A DNA stretch of 58,133 nucleotides, from assembly GCA_049510055.1 (NCBI GenBank), contig JBEKZI010000004.1:1-58133 (forward strand). Reading direction: 5' to 3'. The number at the start of each line of letters is the position of its first letter. Position 1 is the stretch's first letter. This DNA comes from Phycisphaerae bacterium. Its GTDB lineage: Bacteria; Planctomycetota; Phycisphaerae; SM23-33. Below the pieces are notes generated by a model that did not search any database, had not been told where the DNA came from, and saw only the letters and a program-made list of their open reading frames with translations. Position numbers and translations under genes: made by a program. This document shows, piece after piece, positions 46,634 to 56,701 of this stretch.

Positions 46634-47820
46634 GGATTGGCGGGCTGCTTGGTATATCGGGTACGCCGCCACACGACGGCGGCTCCGCGGCGATGCTTGG
46701 TCATGGCCATCAGCAGCGCCGCCACGACGATGCCGCCGCCGAGGGGGTAGCTCCACGCCAGCAGCGGCGGGGCGCCGGCGATTCCATAGAAGCGGTAGAT
46801 GACGCTGAGTTGCATCAGCGCCGCCCCAAGCCCTACCAGACCCGCCGCCGTCCACCAGGCGCCCGCGCCCGCCGCGGCGGCGGACAATCCCGCAAGGGCC
46901 GTGGCATACGGCAGCAGCCCCATCAACAGCATCACGATCAGGGATATGACCAGACGCGGCAACGAGCCGAAGGTGCCGAAGAAGATCCGGCTCCAGCCGC
47001 GGAGGATTTGGCCCAGCGAAGTGTACATGCGCACGCTGTACAGTCCGTTGCTGCGGATGACTTGCAGCTTCAACCCCGCCTGCTTGATGCGAGCGGCCAG
47101 GTACATGTCTTCCATCAGCTTGTCCCGAACGGCCGCGTGGGTGCCGATGGCCTGGTAGGCCGACCGTTTCATCAGGATGAACGCGCCGTTGGCGTACGCG
47201 GTGGGCTTGGCGGGATCGTTCACCTTGTCGGGCGGGAACCAGATCATCATCGCGCCGCCGCAGACGGGCTGCACGACGTTCTCCCAGAAGCCGCGCATTT
47301 CCAGCACGGGCAACACGCTGAGCATGTCGGCGCCGGTGTCGGCGGCGTAGCGCATCGCGATGGACAGCGTTCGCGGGGAAAGCTGGCGGCAGTCGGCGTC
47401 GGTCAGGACGATCCAGGGGCTGGCGGTGGTGGCCAGGCCCTTCCACATGGCGTGGCACTTGCCGCACCAGCCTTCAGGCAACTGGTCCACGTGGAGCAGA
47501 TGCAGGCGGCTATAGCGGCCGGCAAGTTCCTGGACGATTTTCGCGGTACCGTCGGTGCTGCGGTCGTCGATGACGGTTACGTCGAAGGGGCCGTAGTCCT
47601 GCGCCAGCAGCGACATTACGCAGGTGGCGATGTTCTGTTCCTCGTCCTTGGCCGCCACGAAGACGCTGAGGCGAGGCCGAGAGCCTTGGGGGGGCGGCGA
47701 ATCGGGCGTCAGGATCATGTTGCGGCGATGCTCGCGCCAGATGAGGTAATGGCGCGTGGACCACACCGCCGTTACCAGGCCGCATAAAACGGTGAGTATG
47801 GCCGGCAAGATTATTGTCAA
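46630..47820 (-). CDS. Membrane-bound family 2 glycosyltransferase
   Basis: LSVFVAAKDEEQNI...VTVIDDRSTDGT, TDADC and further TM helices, a GT2 fold with integral membrane C-part. Confidence 0.85.
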   Translation of the reverse strand: MTIILPAILTVLCGLVTAVWSTRHYLIWREHRRNMILTPDSPPPQGSRPRLSVFVAAKDEEQNIATCVMSLLAQDYGPFDVTVIDDRSTDGTAKIVQELAGRYSRLHLLHVDQLPEGWCGKCHAMWKGLATTASPWIVLTDADCRQLSPRTLSIAMRYAADTGADMLSVLPVLEMRGFWENVVQPVCGGAMMIWFPPDKVNDPAKPTAYANGAFILMKRSAYQAIGTHAAVRDKLMEDMYLAARIKQAGLKLQVIRSNGLYSVRMYTSLGQILRGWSRIFFGTFGSLPRLVISLIVMLLMGLLPYATALAGLSAAAAGAGAWWTAAGLVGLGAALMQLSVIYRFYGIAGAPPLLAWSYPLGGGIVVAALLMAMTKHRRGAAVVWRRTRYTKQPANP

Positions 47821-47865
47821 GAAGCCATCCTTATTAATTGGATTGCGGCCGCCGCCGTGCGGCCG

Positions 47866-48327
47866 TCAGAGCCTCGAGGATACGCTGCTGCGGTGCAGGT
47901 TGATCATCAGTTCTACTTCGCCCACGTCCATCTTGAGGCGCCGGGCGATCTCCACGCTGTCCAGGCCTTGCGAGGCCAAGGCCAGCACCTGTCCGCTGGC
48001 GCCGCCGGAAGCGCCGGCCAGCTTGCCGCCGGGTTGTCCCGCGGCCTCCGTCAGCCGCCGCAACTCCTGCTGTTTCTTGTCCGCCTCGGCCAACAGGGCC
48101 TGGAGGCGGTCGAGCCGGTCGTCCACGCGGCCGTCGATCCGGCGGGCGAAGTCTTCCAGTTGGCCGGCCAGGTCGGCCACGTCGTTGCGAAGGGCGGTCA
48201 GGTTGGTCCTCTTTCGGCCTCGGCGGGCCAGGCGGGTGCCCGCGACGGCCAACAACACCCCCGCGACCAGGCCGGCCGCCGCCGGTAGGATCCAGGCGGG
48301 CATGTCCGGCCACGCCGGCCAATTCAT
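47866..48327 (-). CDS. Membrane-anchored coiled-coil protein with C-terminal HTH-like module (DUF2802-like)
   Basis: TM (ILPAAAGLVAGVLLAVAG), a coiled coil, and the C-terminus ALASQGLDSVEIARRLKMDVGEVELMINL. ATGA overlap with the larC stop. Start set at ATG 48327 inside a longer shadow ORF. Confidence 0.6.
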   Translation of the reverse strand: MNWPAWPDMPAWILPAAAGLVAGVLLAVAGTRLARRGRKRTNLTALRNDVADLAGQLEDFARRIDGRVDDRLDRLQALLAEADKKQQELRRLTEAAGQPGGKLAGASGGASGQVLALASQGLDSVEIARRLKMDVGEVELMINLHRSSVSSRL

Positions 48328-49499
48328 GGCGTGCTCCTTCGACGATAGGCCTCCACGGCCGCCGCCATCACGTCCCGCACCGCCGCGCCGTGTGCCTTGG
48401 CCGCCGCCAGGCAGTCGTCGAACTCCGCCGAGACGGTGACGTCCTTTTGGCCGCGACGGCCGACTTTCACGCGAACGGCGCCGTAGGGCGTCTGGACCGT
48501 CTCGTGGCGGCGGAGAAGCTTGTTCCGTAGCCACGTGCTGCGCCGCACGCCGAAGGTCGTCGTCTGGGTGAATAGGATGTCCTCCATCGTGCCGATGTCG
48601 GCCGGTCCGCACAGGACCGACAGCACCCACGCCGGCCGCGATTTTTTCATAACAGCCGGCGTCGCCCAGGCGTCCAGGGCCCCGGCCGCCAGCAGCGACT
48701 CGATCGCGGCACCCAGGACCTCGCCGGTGCAATCGTCGAGATTGGCGGCCAGTTCCATCACCGCGTCGGCATCGCCGTTCTCGGCGGCCTGGCCCAGGAA
48801 CACGCGAAGGAGGTTGGGCAGCGGTCCCTCGTCGCGCGTGCCGGCACCGCAGCCGACGGCGACGATTTGCATCGGCGGCAGCGGTCCGTAGGACTCCGCC
48901 AGGGTCGTCAGCACGGCCGCGGCGGTGGGGGTGGTGGCCTCGCCGGCAATCTGGGCTGAGCCCAGCGGCACGCCTCGCAGAAGCTCGGCCGTGGCCGGGG
49001 CGGGCACGGGCATGACGCCGTGGGAACAGGTAATCGTGCCGCTGCCGGCGGGGATGGCCGAGCATTGCACGGCGTCGACGCCCAGCAGCTCCATCGCCAC
49101 GGCGGCGCCGACGATGTCCATGATGCTGTCTACCGCGCCGACCTCGTGAAAGTGCACTTGGGCGACCTCGACGCGATGGGCTTTGGCCTCGGCCTCGGCC
49201 AGGCGGGTGAAGACGGCCTTGGCGCGGTCCGCAGCGCGGCGGGGCAGGTCGGCGCGGTCGATGCAGGCCAGGATGTCCGGCAGATTCCGCTGCGGCTGCT
49301 TGGCGGGGGCGTCCACGCAGAACCGCAGGCCGGCCAGCCCGCCGCGATGAACGCGCTCCACGCGAAGGTCGCATAGGCCGACCTCCAACCGGGCCAGGTG
49401 CGCCTTGAGGGCGTCCAGGTCGGCCCCGGCGTCCAGCAGGGCGGCCACGATCATGTCCCCGCCCGCACCGGCGAAACAGTCGAAATAGGCTAGCTTCAT
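48324..49499 (-). CDS. larC: LarC family (DUF111) nickel-insertion protein of the nickel-pincer cofactor pathway
   Basis: MKLAYFDCFAGAGGDM, VHFHEVGAVDSIMDIVG and the rest are colinear with LarC/DUF111. Confidence 0.88.
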   Translation of the reverse strand: MKLAYFDCFAGAGGDMIVAALLDAGADLDALKAHLARLEVGLCDLRVERVHRGGLAGLRFCVDAPAKQPQRNLPDILACIDRADLPRRAADRAKAVFTRLAEAEAKAHRVEVAQVHFHEVGAVDSIMDIVGAAVAMELLGVDAVQCSAIPAGSGTITCSHGVMPVPAPATAELLRGVPLGSAQIAGEATTPTAAAVLTTLAESYGPLPPMQIVAVGCGAGTRDEGPLPNLLRVFLGQAAENGDADAVMELAANLDDCTGEVLGAAIESLLAAGALDAWATPAVMKKSRPAWVLSVLCGPADIGTMEDILFTQTTTFGVRRSTWLRNKLLRRHETVQTPYGAVRVKVGRRGQKDVTVSAEFDDCLAAAKAHGAAVRDVMAAAVEAYRRRSTP

Positions 49500-49685
49500 C
49501 GCTTTCCTCTGCCGCGCCACTGGCCTGCCTATCGGCAGGCAGGCCGCAGTGTAGGCCCGGCCCGTAACGATTGCAAGATACTGCCGCCGCGGCGCTGCCG
49601 ACGCCCCGTTGGGTGCCCCCGAGCTAATTCCCCTTGCATTCGCTGGCGTCGGAAGTTATCGTTATAAAGCTATACAGCACAACCG

Positions 49686-49711
49686 CGAAGGAGGCTTTTG
49701 GGCCTCCTTCG
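49686..49711 (+). promoter_or_regulatory. Perfect 10-bp hairpin in the accA leader
   Basis: CGAAGGAGGC-TTTTGG-GCCTCCTTCG, 27 nt upstream of the accA ATG. The 5' arm is Shine-Dalgarno-like. Confidence 0.35.
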
Positions 49712-49737
49712 TTGGCAATTGGCTCGGGAAGCTCCGC

Positions 49738-50769
49738 ATGGCAAAACAAAACGGTAATGGACCTGAGGGCGGCTATCAGTTGCCGTTCGAAAAGCCCATC
49801 GCCCGCCTTCAGCGAGAAATCGCCAACCTCGAAGCCGAGCAGACGACCTCCGGCAGGGACTTTTCCGCCGAAATCAGCCAGTTGCGGCTCCAGTACGTCT
49901 CGCTGCTGCGGAAGACCTATCAGAACCTCTCTCCCTGGGAGACGGTGCAGGTGGCCCGCCATCCCGCCCGGCCGCAGACCAGGGATTACCTCGACCGGAT
50001 TCTCAAGAACTTCGTCGAGCTGCACGGCGACCGCCGCTTCGGGGACGACCGGGCCATCTGCTGCGGGCTGGGGCGGATCGGCGGGGAAAAGGTCGCCTTC
50101 ATCGGCCAGCACAAGGGCCGGGACACCAAGGAAAAAATCGCCTGCAACTTCGGCTGCGCGCACCCGGAGGGCTACCGCAAGGCCATGCGCGTGATGAAGC
50201 TGGCCGAGAAGTTCCGCATGCCCATCGTCTCGCTGATCGACACGCCTGGAGCATACCCCGGCGTCGGCAGCGAAGAGCGAGGCGTGGCGGAGGCCATCGC
50301 CTTCAACCTGCGGGAAATGGCCCGGATTAAGACGCCGATCCTGTGCGTGGTGATCGGGGAAGGCGGCAGCGGCGGGGCGCTGGGCATCGGCGTGGGCGAC
50401 CGCGTAGCCATGATGGAATACGCCTACTACTCCGTCATCAGTCCCGAGGGCTGCGCCGCCATCCTGTGGCGCACGGGCGAGAAGGCCTCCGAGGCCGCCG
50501 AGGCGATGAAGATCACCGCCCGCGACCTGAAGGCCCTGGACGTCATCGACGACATCATCCCCGAGCCGCTGGGCGGGGCCCATCGCAACGTGGCCGAGGC
50601 CGCCGCCAACCTCGAGCGGCACATCGTCCGCACCTTCCGCGAACTCAAACGCGCCCCCTTGGACCACCTGCTCCAGCACCGCTACGAACGTTGGCGCCGC
50701 ATGGGCAAGGTGCTGAAGCTGGAATTCCAATCCACTCCCGCGAATAACCAGCAACCAGTCAACGGTTGA
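49738..50769 (+). CDS. accA: Acetyl-CoA carboxylase carboxyltransferase alpha subunit
   Basis: LPFEKPIARLQREI, RPQTRDY, DTPGAYPG and GEGGSGGALG. Start set at ATG 49738. Confidence 0.94.
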   Translation: MAKQNGNGPEGGYQLPFEKPIARLQREIANLEAEQTTSGRDFSAEISQLRLQYVSLLRKTYQNLSPWETVQVARHPARPQTRDYLDRILKNFVELHGDRRFGDDRAICCGLGRIGGEKVAFIGQHKGRDTKEKIACNFGCAHPEGYRKAMRVMKLAEKFRMPIVSLIDTPGAYPGVGSEERGVAEAIAFNLREMARIKTPILCVVIGEGGSGGALGIGVGDRVAMMEYAYYSVISPEGCAAILWRTGEKASEAAEAMKITARDLKALDVIDDIIPEPLGGAHRNVAEAAANLERHIVRTFRELKRAPLDHLLQHRYERWRRMGKVLKLEFQSTPANNQQPVNG

Positions 50770-50774
50770 TGGGT

Positions 50775-51599
50775 TCAACTCTTGGCGAGGGGCGCCAGCA
50801 ATTGCGAGACGAACTCCCCTGTTTCTTTGACGAGCTTCTTGCGCGGTGCGGACTTTCCGGCGGCAAGCTTGGCGACGATGGCCGAGCCGACGATCGCTCC
50901 GTCGGCCGCCCGGCAGACCTCGGCGACCATCTCCGGCCGGCTGATGCCGAAGCCTACGCACACGGGCGTGTCGGTGTGCTTTCGCAGCTCGGTCACGGCG
51001 GCGGTGGTCGCCGGCGGCAGCCGGTCTCGCTGGCCGGTGATGCCGGCGATGGAGATGTAATAGATGAATCCTCGGCTGTGGCAGGCGATCTCCAACCGCC
51101 GCGACGGGTCGGTGGTGGGGGCGATGAGCATGACGTTGCACAGGTCGGCTTTGCAGGCCGCCAGCTCCACGGCGGCCGCTTCTTCCAGGGGCAGGTCGGG
51201 GATGATGACGGCGTCGAAGCCCGCCTTGGCCAGAGCGGCGAGATACTCGCCGACCTTGTGGTGGAAGACGATGGAGTAGCTCACCATGGCCGCCAGCGCC
51301 AGCGTGCCGCCGCCTTTGCGGTAGCGGCGCACCAGGTCCATGATCTTGTCGGAGGTGATTCCGGCCGCCAGGGCTTCGGTGTAGGAGTTCTGGATCACCG
51401 GGCCGTCGGCGATGGGGTCGGAAAACGGGACGCCCAATTCGCAAATCCGCACGCCGTGGGTCTCGAAGTCCTTCAGCAGTGCGATGGTGGTCTCCGCATC
51501 GGGGTACCCGGCCGTGATGAAGGGAAGCAGGGCCTTCTTCCCGGCCGAACGAAAGTTCGCGAATGCTTGGACCAGCCGATTATCATCCAGTTCGCCCAT
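50775..51599 (-). CDS. trpA: Tryptophan synthase alpha chain
   Basis: LPFITAGYPD, ELGVPFSDPIADGPVIQ and GFGIS. Start set at ATG 51599. Confidence 0.93.
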   Translation of the reverse strand: MGELDDNRLVQAFANFRSAGKKALLPFITAGYPDAETTIALLKDFETHGVRICELGVPFSDPIADGPVIQNSYTEALAAGITSDKIMDLVRRYRKGGGTLALAAMVSYSIVFHHKVGEYLAALAKAGFDAVIIPDLPLEEAAAVELAACKADLCNVMLIAPTTDPSRRLEIACHSRGFIYYISIAGITGQRDRLPPATTAAVTELRKHTDTPVCVGFGISRPEMVAEVCRAADGAIVGSAIVAKLAAGKSAPRKKLVKETGEFVSQLLAPLAKS

Positions 51600-51621
51600 G
51601 ATTGGCCTCTGTAGGGAGCAG

Positions 51622-52833
51622 TCAGCGTTTTTTTCGTTTTTCGAGGATGGCCGCGATTTCGTTGCAGTCCTTGTCGCCCCGGCCGGAGAGGCACACCAGG
51701 ATGCTCTTGTCCTTGCCCAGCGTGGGGGCAAACTTGATCGTCTCGGCCAGCGCGTGGGCCGATTCCAGGGCCGGGATGATGCCCTCCAGGCGGCTGAGCA
51801 TGACGGTGGCGTCCAGGGCCTCGTCGTCGGTGGCGCTGGTGTAGCGGACGCGGCCGATGTCTCTCCAGTAGCTGTGCTCCGGGCCGACGCCGGGGTAGTC
51901 CAGCCCGGCCGCGACGCTGTGGACGGGCGCGGTCTGGCCGTCGGCGTCCTGAAGGACGTAGCTCAGCGCCCCGTGCAGCACGCCGGGGGCGCCCTGGCAC
52001 AGCGTGGCCGCGTGGTCGCCCAGCTTGGAGCCGCGCCCGCCGGCCTCGACGCCGACCATGGCCACCTGCGTGTCGTCGATCATCGGGGCGAAGATGCCCG
52101 CCGAGTTCGACCCGCCGCCCACGCAGGCGATGACGACGTCCGGCAGGCGGCCGGCGACGTCGAGCATCTGCTGCCGCGCCTCCCGCCCGATGCAGCTTTG
52201 GAACTCGCGGACCATCGTGGGGAACGGGTGCGGCCCGGCCACCGAGCCGATGATGTAGTGCGTGCCCTCGACGCTGCCCATCCAGTCGCGCATGGCCTCG
52301 TTGAGGGCGTCTTTCAGCGTGCGTTGGCCGGAGTCGACGGGAATCACGCGGGCGCCCAGAAGCTGCATGCGGAAGACGTTGAGGCTCTGGCGGCGGATGT
52401 CCTCGGTGCCCATGTACACGTCGCAGTCCAGTCCGAACACCGCCGCGGCCGTGGCCGCCGCGACGCCGTGCTGGCCGGCGCCGGTTTCGGCGATGACGCG
52501 CTTCTTGCCCATGCGCAGCGTCAGCAGCCCCTGGCCGACCGTGTTGTTGATCTTGTGGGCGCCGGTGTGGTTCATGTCCTCGCGCTTCAGGTACACCTTG
52601 GCGCCGCCGAGCTTCTCGGTGAGCCTGCGGGCGAAATACAGCTCGCTGGGCCGGCCGGCGATCTCGCGATAGCAGCGGTCCAGCTCGGCCCGAAAGGCCG
52701 GGTCGGCCATTGCGGCCAGGTATTCCTGTTCCAATTGCTTCAGCGCGCCCATGAGCGTCTCGGGCACGAACTGCCCGCCGTAGGGGCCGAAGTATCCAGG
52801 CCGCGTGGAGGTGCTTTTTGTCGACGTTGTCAT
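51622..52833 (-). CDS. trpB: Tryptophan synthase beta chain (TrpB1 type)
   Basis: [33 protein letters not shown] and GGGSNSAG. Start set at ATG 52833. Lies 22 nt upstream of trpA. Confidence 0.95.
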   Translation of the reverse strand: MTTSTKSTSTRPGYFGPYGGQFVPETLMGALKQLEQEYLAAMADPAFRAELDRCYREIAGRPSELYFARRLTEKLGGAKVYLKREDMNHTGAHKINNTVGQGLLTLRMGKKRVIAETGAGQHGVAAATAAAVFGLDCDVYMGTEDIRRQSLNVFRMQLLGARVIPVDSGQRTLKDALNEAMRDWMGSVEGTHYIIGSVAGPHPFPTMVREFQSCIGREARQQMLDVAGRLPDVVIACVGGGSNSAGIFAPMIDDTQVAMVGVEAGGRGSKLGDHAATLCQGAPGVLHGALSYVLQDADGQTAPVHSVAAGLDYPGVGPEHSYWRDIGRVRYTSATDDEALDATVMLSRLEGIIPALESAHALAETIKFAPTLGKDKSILVCLSGRGDKDCNEIAAILEKRKKR

Positions 52834-52904
52834 AATGAATATCCTCGTGGGAAAAACAAATTCTAACCGAATCCGCCCCCTGCGCTCTATAACCGTGCTT
52901 GCAG

Positions 52905-52934
52905 AGAAAAGAATCCCCGCCGCAGTGGGGGGAT
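52905..52934 (-). terminator. Weak terminator-like hairpin after the lemA-DUF2207 unit
   Basis: The minus-strand RNA AUCCCC-N10-GGGGAU is followed by UUCUUUUCUCU. Short stem and large loop. Confidence 0.3.
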
Positions 52935-52999
52935 AAGCTCGTGTCAGCCGTGCCTGAAACTCAGATATACTTTCGTGCGGAAACCTTTCCTCGCCATTC

Positions 53000-54922
53000 T
53001 CACCATCCTCCTCCTCCTCCGCCACCCCCGCCGCCTCCCGAACTGCCGCCTCCGCCGCTGGAGGATCCCGGGGCCGTGGAGGCCGCCGAAAGCGCCCCAG
53101 CCATGGTCCCAGACAGTGTGGAGGCCAGGCCCGTCAGCCCTGAACCGGCCCAATTGCCCCCGTGGTACCACACCGGGACGTAGGCCGCACCCACGGCTGC
53201 CGCTCCGGCGGCCGCCGCGGCGAGAAGGGGGGTGAACTTCATGGCCCAGGCATTTTCGCATCCCAGCGCCAGGGCGTAAGGCAAATACTTTTCGAAAAGC
53301 TCCACGGACTTCGTCGGAGTTGGCGCGGCCGTCTTGAGGGATTCCTCTTCGGCAGTCTTGAGATACATGTGGAAGCCCTCGATGCGATCCATGACGGCTC
53401 GGCCTTGCGGCGTCGGCCTCTTTAGCAAACCGAAGAACAAAAAGTTCAATAAGAAGATCCCCACCAGCACGGGCAGTAACAGCAGGCTGGTCATACTGAC
53501 CAGGATCCCTATGACAACGGCTTCCGCCACGACAAAAGGAATCGCAAAAAGCGTCAGACCCACGGCAGAACCCGCCAACCCTTTCTGCCCGTGGGAAAAG
53601 CCGCGCCAGGACCGCACCACCGTCCAAACCATAAGGACTGTGCCTACCGTCCAAATTGCCAGCCACACCATCAGGAAGGGCGCGACAAAGCTGCCCTGGA
53701 GTCGCCACGCCGCTAAAGCCATACCCCCCAACACAAGGATAGAGAGAGCAATACCGCCGGCAAACCAGCCGGTGTTTGAAGTAAACAACGCGCCTTGATA
53801 GTGGTGGGTCAGGGCCTTTTTCATGGCGTCTCGGGCACTTTGAAAGTCCTGCCAATATCGCTTATCCAATGGCAAGGGGCTGCCGCCGCGGAACAGCAAC
53901 TCTCCAGCCTTTTGCTCGGGTTGCGACAGCCGCGACAAATCGCCGCCTTCGTGGCGGACGAAGCGGTAGTCGCCGTCGTCGTCCTCGATGTCCATGAACC
54001 GTTTGACGGCCATGTCCACGCATCCGGCCACAAAGCAGACCGCGTCGAATCCCATCCGCCGGACGTACCGCACGGCTGCCGGGCACAGGTCCGGTGGGGG
54101 GTCAAACAGCGGGATGATGACTCCCTTGGGCGGGTCCCGCCCGACGATCGCCCAGGTCAGCAGGTAGTAGGCCAGGATAACCGCCAATCCGACCGTTCCC
54201 GTGACCAGCATGGGATTGTCCACCACGAACTCCCGCAGCGCGGTCGCCTGCACCGCGGGCGTGACAAACCCCTTGGGCCAAGACACCACGATGGTCAGGC
54301 CTTCCTTGGGGTTCAACGGTTGTGATGTGCGAAAGACGGATGCGCCGCTGTCGTCCACGGTGGCGGAATAATCCCGGCCGCGGGCGCCCTTGGGGCCGGT
54401 GTAGGCGGTTACGGTAATCTTGTCGTGAGGGACATTCGGCGGAAGCTCCACGGTGGCTGAGGCCTGGTCGATCGGAAAGATCCAATCGTTGCCCGTGACG
54501 TTCCAGTAGAGTTCATCGTGATCGGCAAAGAAACCCAACTGCCGGGAAGTGCGATACGTCAAGGTATAGGTGTAGACCTTCTGGTTGAGGGTTACCCCTT
54601 CCTGTCCCAGATAAATGCGCTTGCAACTTCCCTGATCCACGATGCGGTAGCGCTCGAGACGGCCATCGCGCTGGGCGCTGATGACGCTGAACGGCACGGT
54701 GCGCTGCGTGAACCATCCGCCGGCGTAGCGCACGGGGAAGTCCCGATAGATGCCATGAATAATCTGGCGATTCTCGCAGCGGACTTTGACGGTTTCCTGG
54801 ACCGTCAGCTCCCCGCTGGCGGCCACGGTGATGTTGCTATGAAACGAGAGGATTCGCTCGTCCGCCCGGCTCGTTCCCACCAGCGCCGCCAAGACCGCTA
54901 TGGCCATCCACCATCGCATCAT
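53000..54922 (-). CDS. DUF2207-domain membrane protein with Gly/Ser-rich C-terminal tail
   Basis: Signal peptide. N-terminal DUF2207-like beta domain ([24 protein letters not shown]...IHGIYRDFP). Several TM helices. Tail [25 protein letters not shown] overlap with lemA. Confidence 0.85.
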   Translation of the reverse strand: MMRWWMAIAVLAALVGTSRADERILSFHSNITVAASGELTVQETVKVRCENRQIIHGIYRDFPVRYAGGWFTQRTVPFSVISAQRDGRLERYRIVDQGSCKRIYLGQEGVTLNQKVYTYTLTYRTSRQLGFFADHDELYWNVTGNDWIFPIDQASATVELPPNVPHDKITVTAYTGPKGARGRDYSATVDDSGASVFRTSQPLNPKEGLTIVVSWPKGFVTPAVQATALREFVVDNPMLVTGTVGLAVILAYYLLTWAIVGRDPPKGVIIPLFDPPPDLCPAAVRYVRRMGFDAVCFVAGCVDMAVKRFMDIEDDDGDYRFVRHEGGDLSRLSQPEQKAGELLFRGGSPLPLDKRYWQDFQSARDAMKKALTHHYQGALFTSNTGWFAGGIALSILVLGGMALAAWRLQGSFVAPFLMVWLAIWTVGTVLMVWTVVRSWRGFSHGQKGLAGSAVGLTLFAIPFVVAEAVVIGILVSMTSLLLLPVLVGIFLLNFLFFGLLKRPTPQGRAVMDRIEGFHMYLKTAEEESLKTAAPTPTKSVELFEKYLPYALALGCENAWAMKFTPLLAAAAAGAAAVGAAYVPVWYHGGNWAGSGLTGLASTLSGTMAGALSAASTAPGSSSGGGGSSGGGGGGGGGGGW

Positions 54923-55470
54923 GATCCTATCTCCACGTGGGGATTCTCACGCTCGGAAGTCGTGGCGACCTCGAAAAACTCGCCGCGCCCGAAGCCCAGC
55001 ACCCCGGCCACCAGATTATTCGGAAACGTCTCGACGAGGATGTTGAACTCCCGCACGGTCCCGTTGTAGTAGCGGCGGGCCATCTGGAGCTGGTCCTCAA
55101 TCTCGACCAACGATTGATGCAACCGCGAAAACTCTTCATTGGCCTTGAGGTTCGGATAGGCCTCCGCCAAAGCCAATAAGCGTTTCAGGGCATCGGTGAG
55201 GGCATTCTCCGTTTCACGCCGGTCGCGCAGCGACGGGGCTTGTTGGCTTTGGGCGCGGAGGGCAGTCACTTCCTCCAGCACCCCCCGCTCGTGGACGGTG
55301 TAACCCCGCACGACCTCGACGAGGTTGGGAATGAGATTGCCACGGCGCTGAAGCTGAACCTCCATGCCGCTCCAGCCTTCGCGCATGAGGTTGCGGTATC
55401 GCACCAGCCGATTGTAGACCCAGATAACCCACAGGCCCCCAACCCCCAACACCACGAGGATCCACACCAT
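54919..55470 (-). CDS. lemA: LemA family protein
   Basis: TM, then YNRLVRYRNLMREGWSGMEVQLQRRGNLIPNLV...AEAYPNLKANEEF...ARRYYNGTVREFN. ATG 55470 has AAGGAG upstream. The tracked ORF extends to 55599. Confidence 0.88.
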   Translation of the reverse strand: MVWILVVLGVGGLWVIWVYNRLVRYRNLMREGWSGMEVQLQRRGNLIPNLVEVVRGYTVHERGVLEEVTALRAQSQQAPSLRDRRETENALTDALKRLLALAEAYPNLKANEEFSRLHQSLVEIEDQLQMARRYYNGTVREFNILVETFPNNLVAGVLGFGRGEFFEVATTSERENPHVEIGS

Positions 55471-55621
55471 CCACGCCGGGGCTCCTTGCAGGCCTGGGAG
55501 TAAAGCAGGATAGAAACCGACCGTATCCGGAACACGTGTGCCCAGGAGAATCGGCATAAGACCACCAAGACCCAGTACTTGGTCAGAGGCTAGGATCACA
55601 GGTTCCCTCGTCGAGGGTGGC

Positions 55622-56482
55622 CTACCAGTTGCCCGAGGCGATGTATTGCCGGAAGGCGTGGAACAGCTTCAAGCTCACCGGCCCGGGCTTGCCCGTGCCG
55701 ATCAGCCGGCCGTCGATCTTCGTGACCGGGATCACCTCGGCGGCCGTGCCGGTCAGGAAGCACTCGTCCGCCGCGTACAGGTCGGCGGGCCGGATCGTCT
55801 GCTCGCGCAGCGGCACGTGGCTGTGGTGGGCCAGCTTGATGACCACGCCGCGAGTGATGCCGATGAGAAAGCCCGCCTCGGGCGGAGGCGTGAAGACGGT
55901 TCCATCCTTGACGATGAAGAGGTTATCGCCCGTACACTCGGCCACCTCGCCCTTGTCGTTGAGCATGACGGCCTCGGCCACGCCGGCATCGATGGCCTCG
56001 ATCTTGGCCATGAGGTTGTTGAGGTAATTGAGGCTCTTGACGGCCGGGCTGAACATGCTGGGGGCCGTGCGGCGCGTCTTGGCGACGATGACGGCCATGC
56101 CTTCCCGGTACATGTCTTCCGGATAAAGTTCGATCTTGTCCACGATGATGAACGTGCCGGGGACGGGGCACTGGAAGGGGTTCAGTCCCAGATTGCCCTC
56201 GCCGCGCGTGACGACCAGGCGGATGTAGGCGTCCTTCCGGCCGTTGGCATGGAGCGTCTCGACGATGGCGTCGGTCAGCTCCTGTTTGGTGTAAGGGATC
56301 GCCAGGCGGATCACCTTGGCCGAGTCGAACAGGCGGTCGATGTGGGCCTGCGCATGGAACACCTTGCCGTTGTAGGCGCGGATGCCCTCGAACACGCCGT
56401 CGCCGTAGAGCAAGCCGTGATCCCACAGGCTCACCTTCGCCGCACGCTTATCGACCAGTTTTCCGTTTAGCCAGACTTTCAT
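55622..56482 (-). CDS. ilvE: Branched-chain amino acid aminotransferase (fold type IV)
   Basis: HGLLYGDGVFEGIRAY, YIRLVVTRG and GITRGVVI. 286 aa. Confidence 0.92.
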   Translation of the reverse strand: MKVWLNGKLVDKRAAKVSLWDHGLLYGDGVFEGIRAYNGKVFHAQAHIDRLFDSAKVIRLAIPYTKQELTDAIVETLHANGRKDAYIRLVVTRGEGNLGLNPFQCPVPGTFIIVDKIELYPEDMYREGMAVIVAKTRRTAPSMFSPAVKSLNYLNNLMAKIEAIDAGVAEAVMLNDKGEVAECTGDNLFIVKDGTVFTPPPEAGFLIGITRGVVIKLAHHSHVPLREQTIRPADLYAADECFLTGTAAEVIPVTKIDGRLIGTGKPGPVSLKLFHAFRQYIASGNW

Positions 56483-56701
56483 GGCTGCCGACTCCTACCG
56501 TGCCGAACTTTTTGTCATTTATCATAAATATCATAAAGCGCACCGGCCGGTTAGACAACAGGATGAAAATCGTCGCGCGGCAAGGGGGCGGGACGCTTGT
56601 TTCGCCGTCGAGGGGCTTTATCTATAATTCAATCTTCCAGCCATGGCCGAGGACGAACCAGGCGGGCCGTGCGGCTGGGCGAAACGAAAAAGGCATTCGG
56701 C

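Noticed and set aside
52860-52888. TAGAAT -10-like hexamer (minus strand, 52865-52860) upstream of trpB, considered as the trpBA promoter
   Set aside because: There is no -35-like hexamer at 16-18 nt and no extended -10 TG. A single hexamer is not enough.
56512-56538. ATCATAAAT-ATCATAAAG direct repeat and a TTGTCA hexamer in the ilvE/psd divergent region, considered as promoter plus operator
   Set aside because: No acceptable -10 box lies at 16-18 nt from TTGTCA on either strand. The repeat is short (8-9 nt) and AT-rich within an AT-rich gap. The evidence is insufficient to call a feature.
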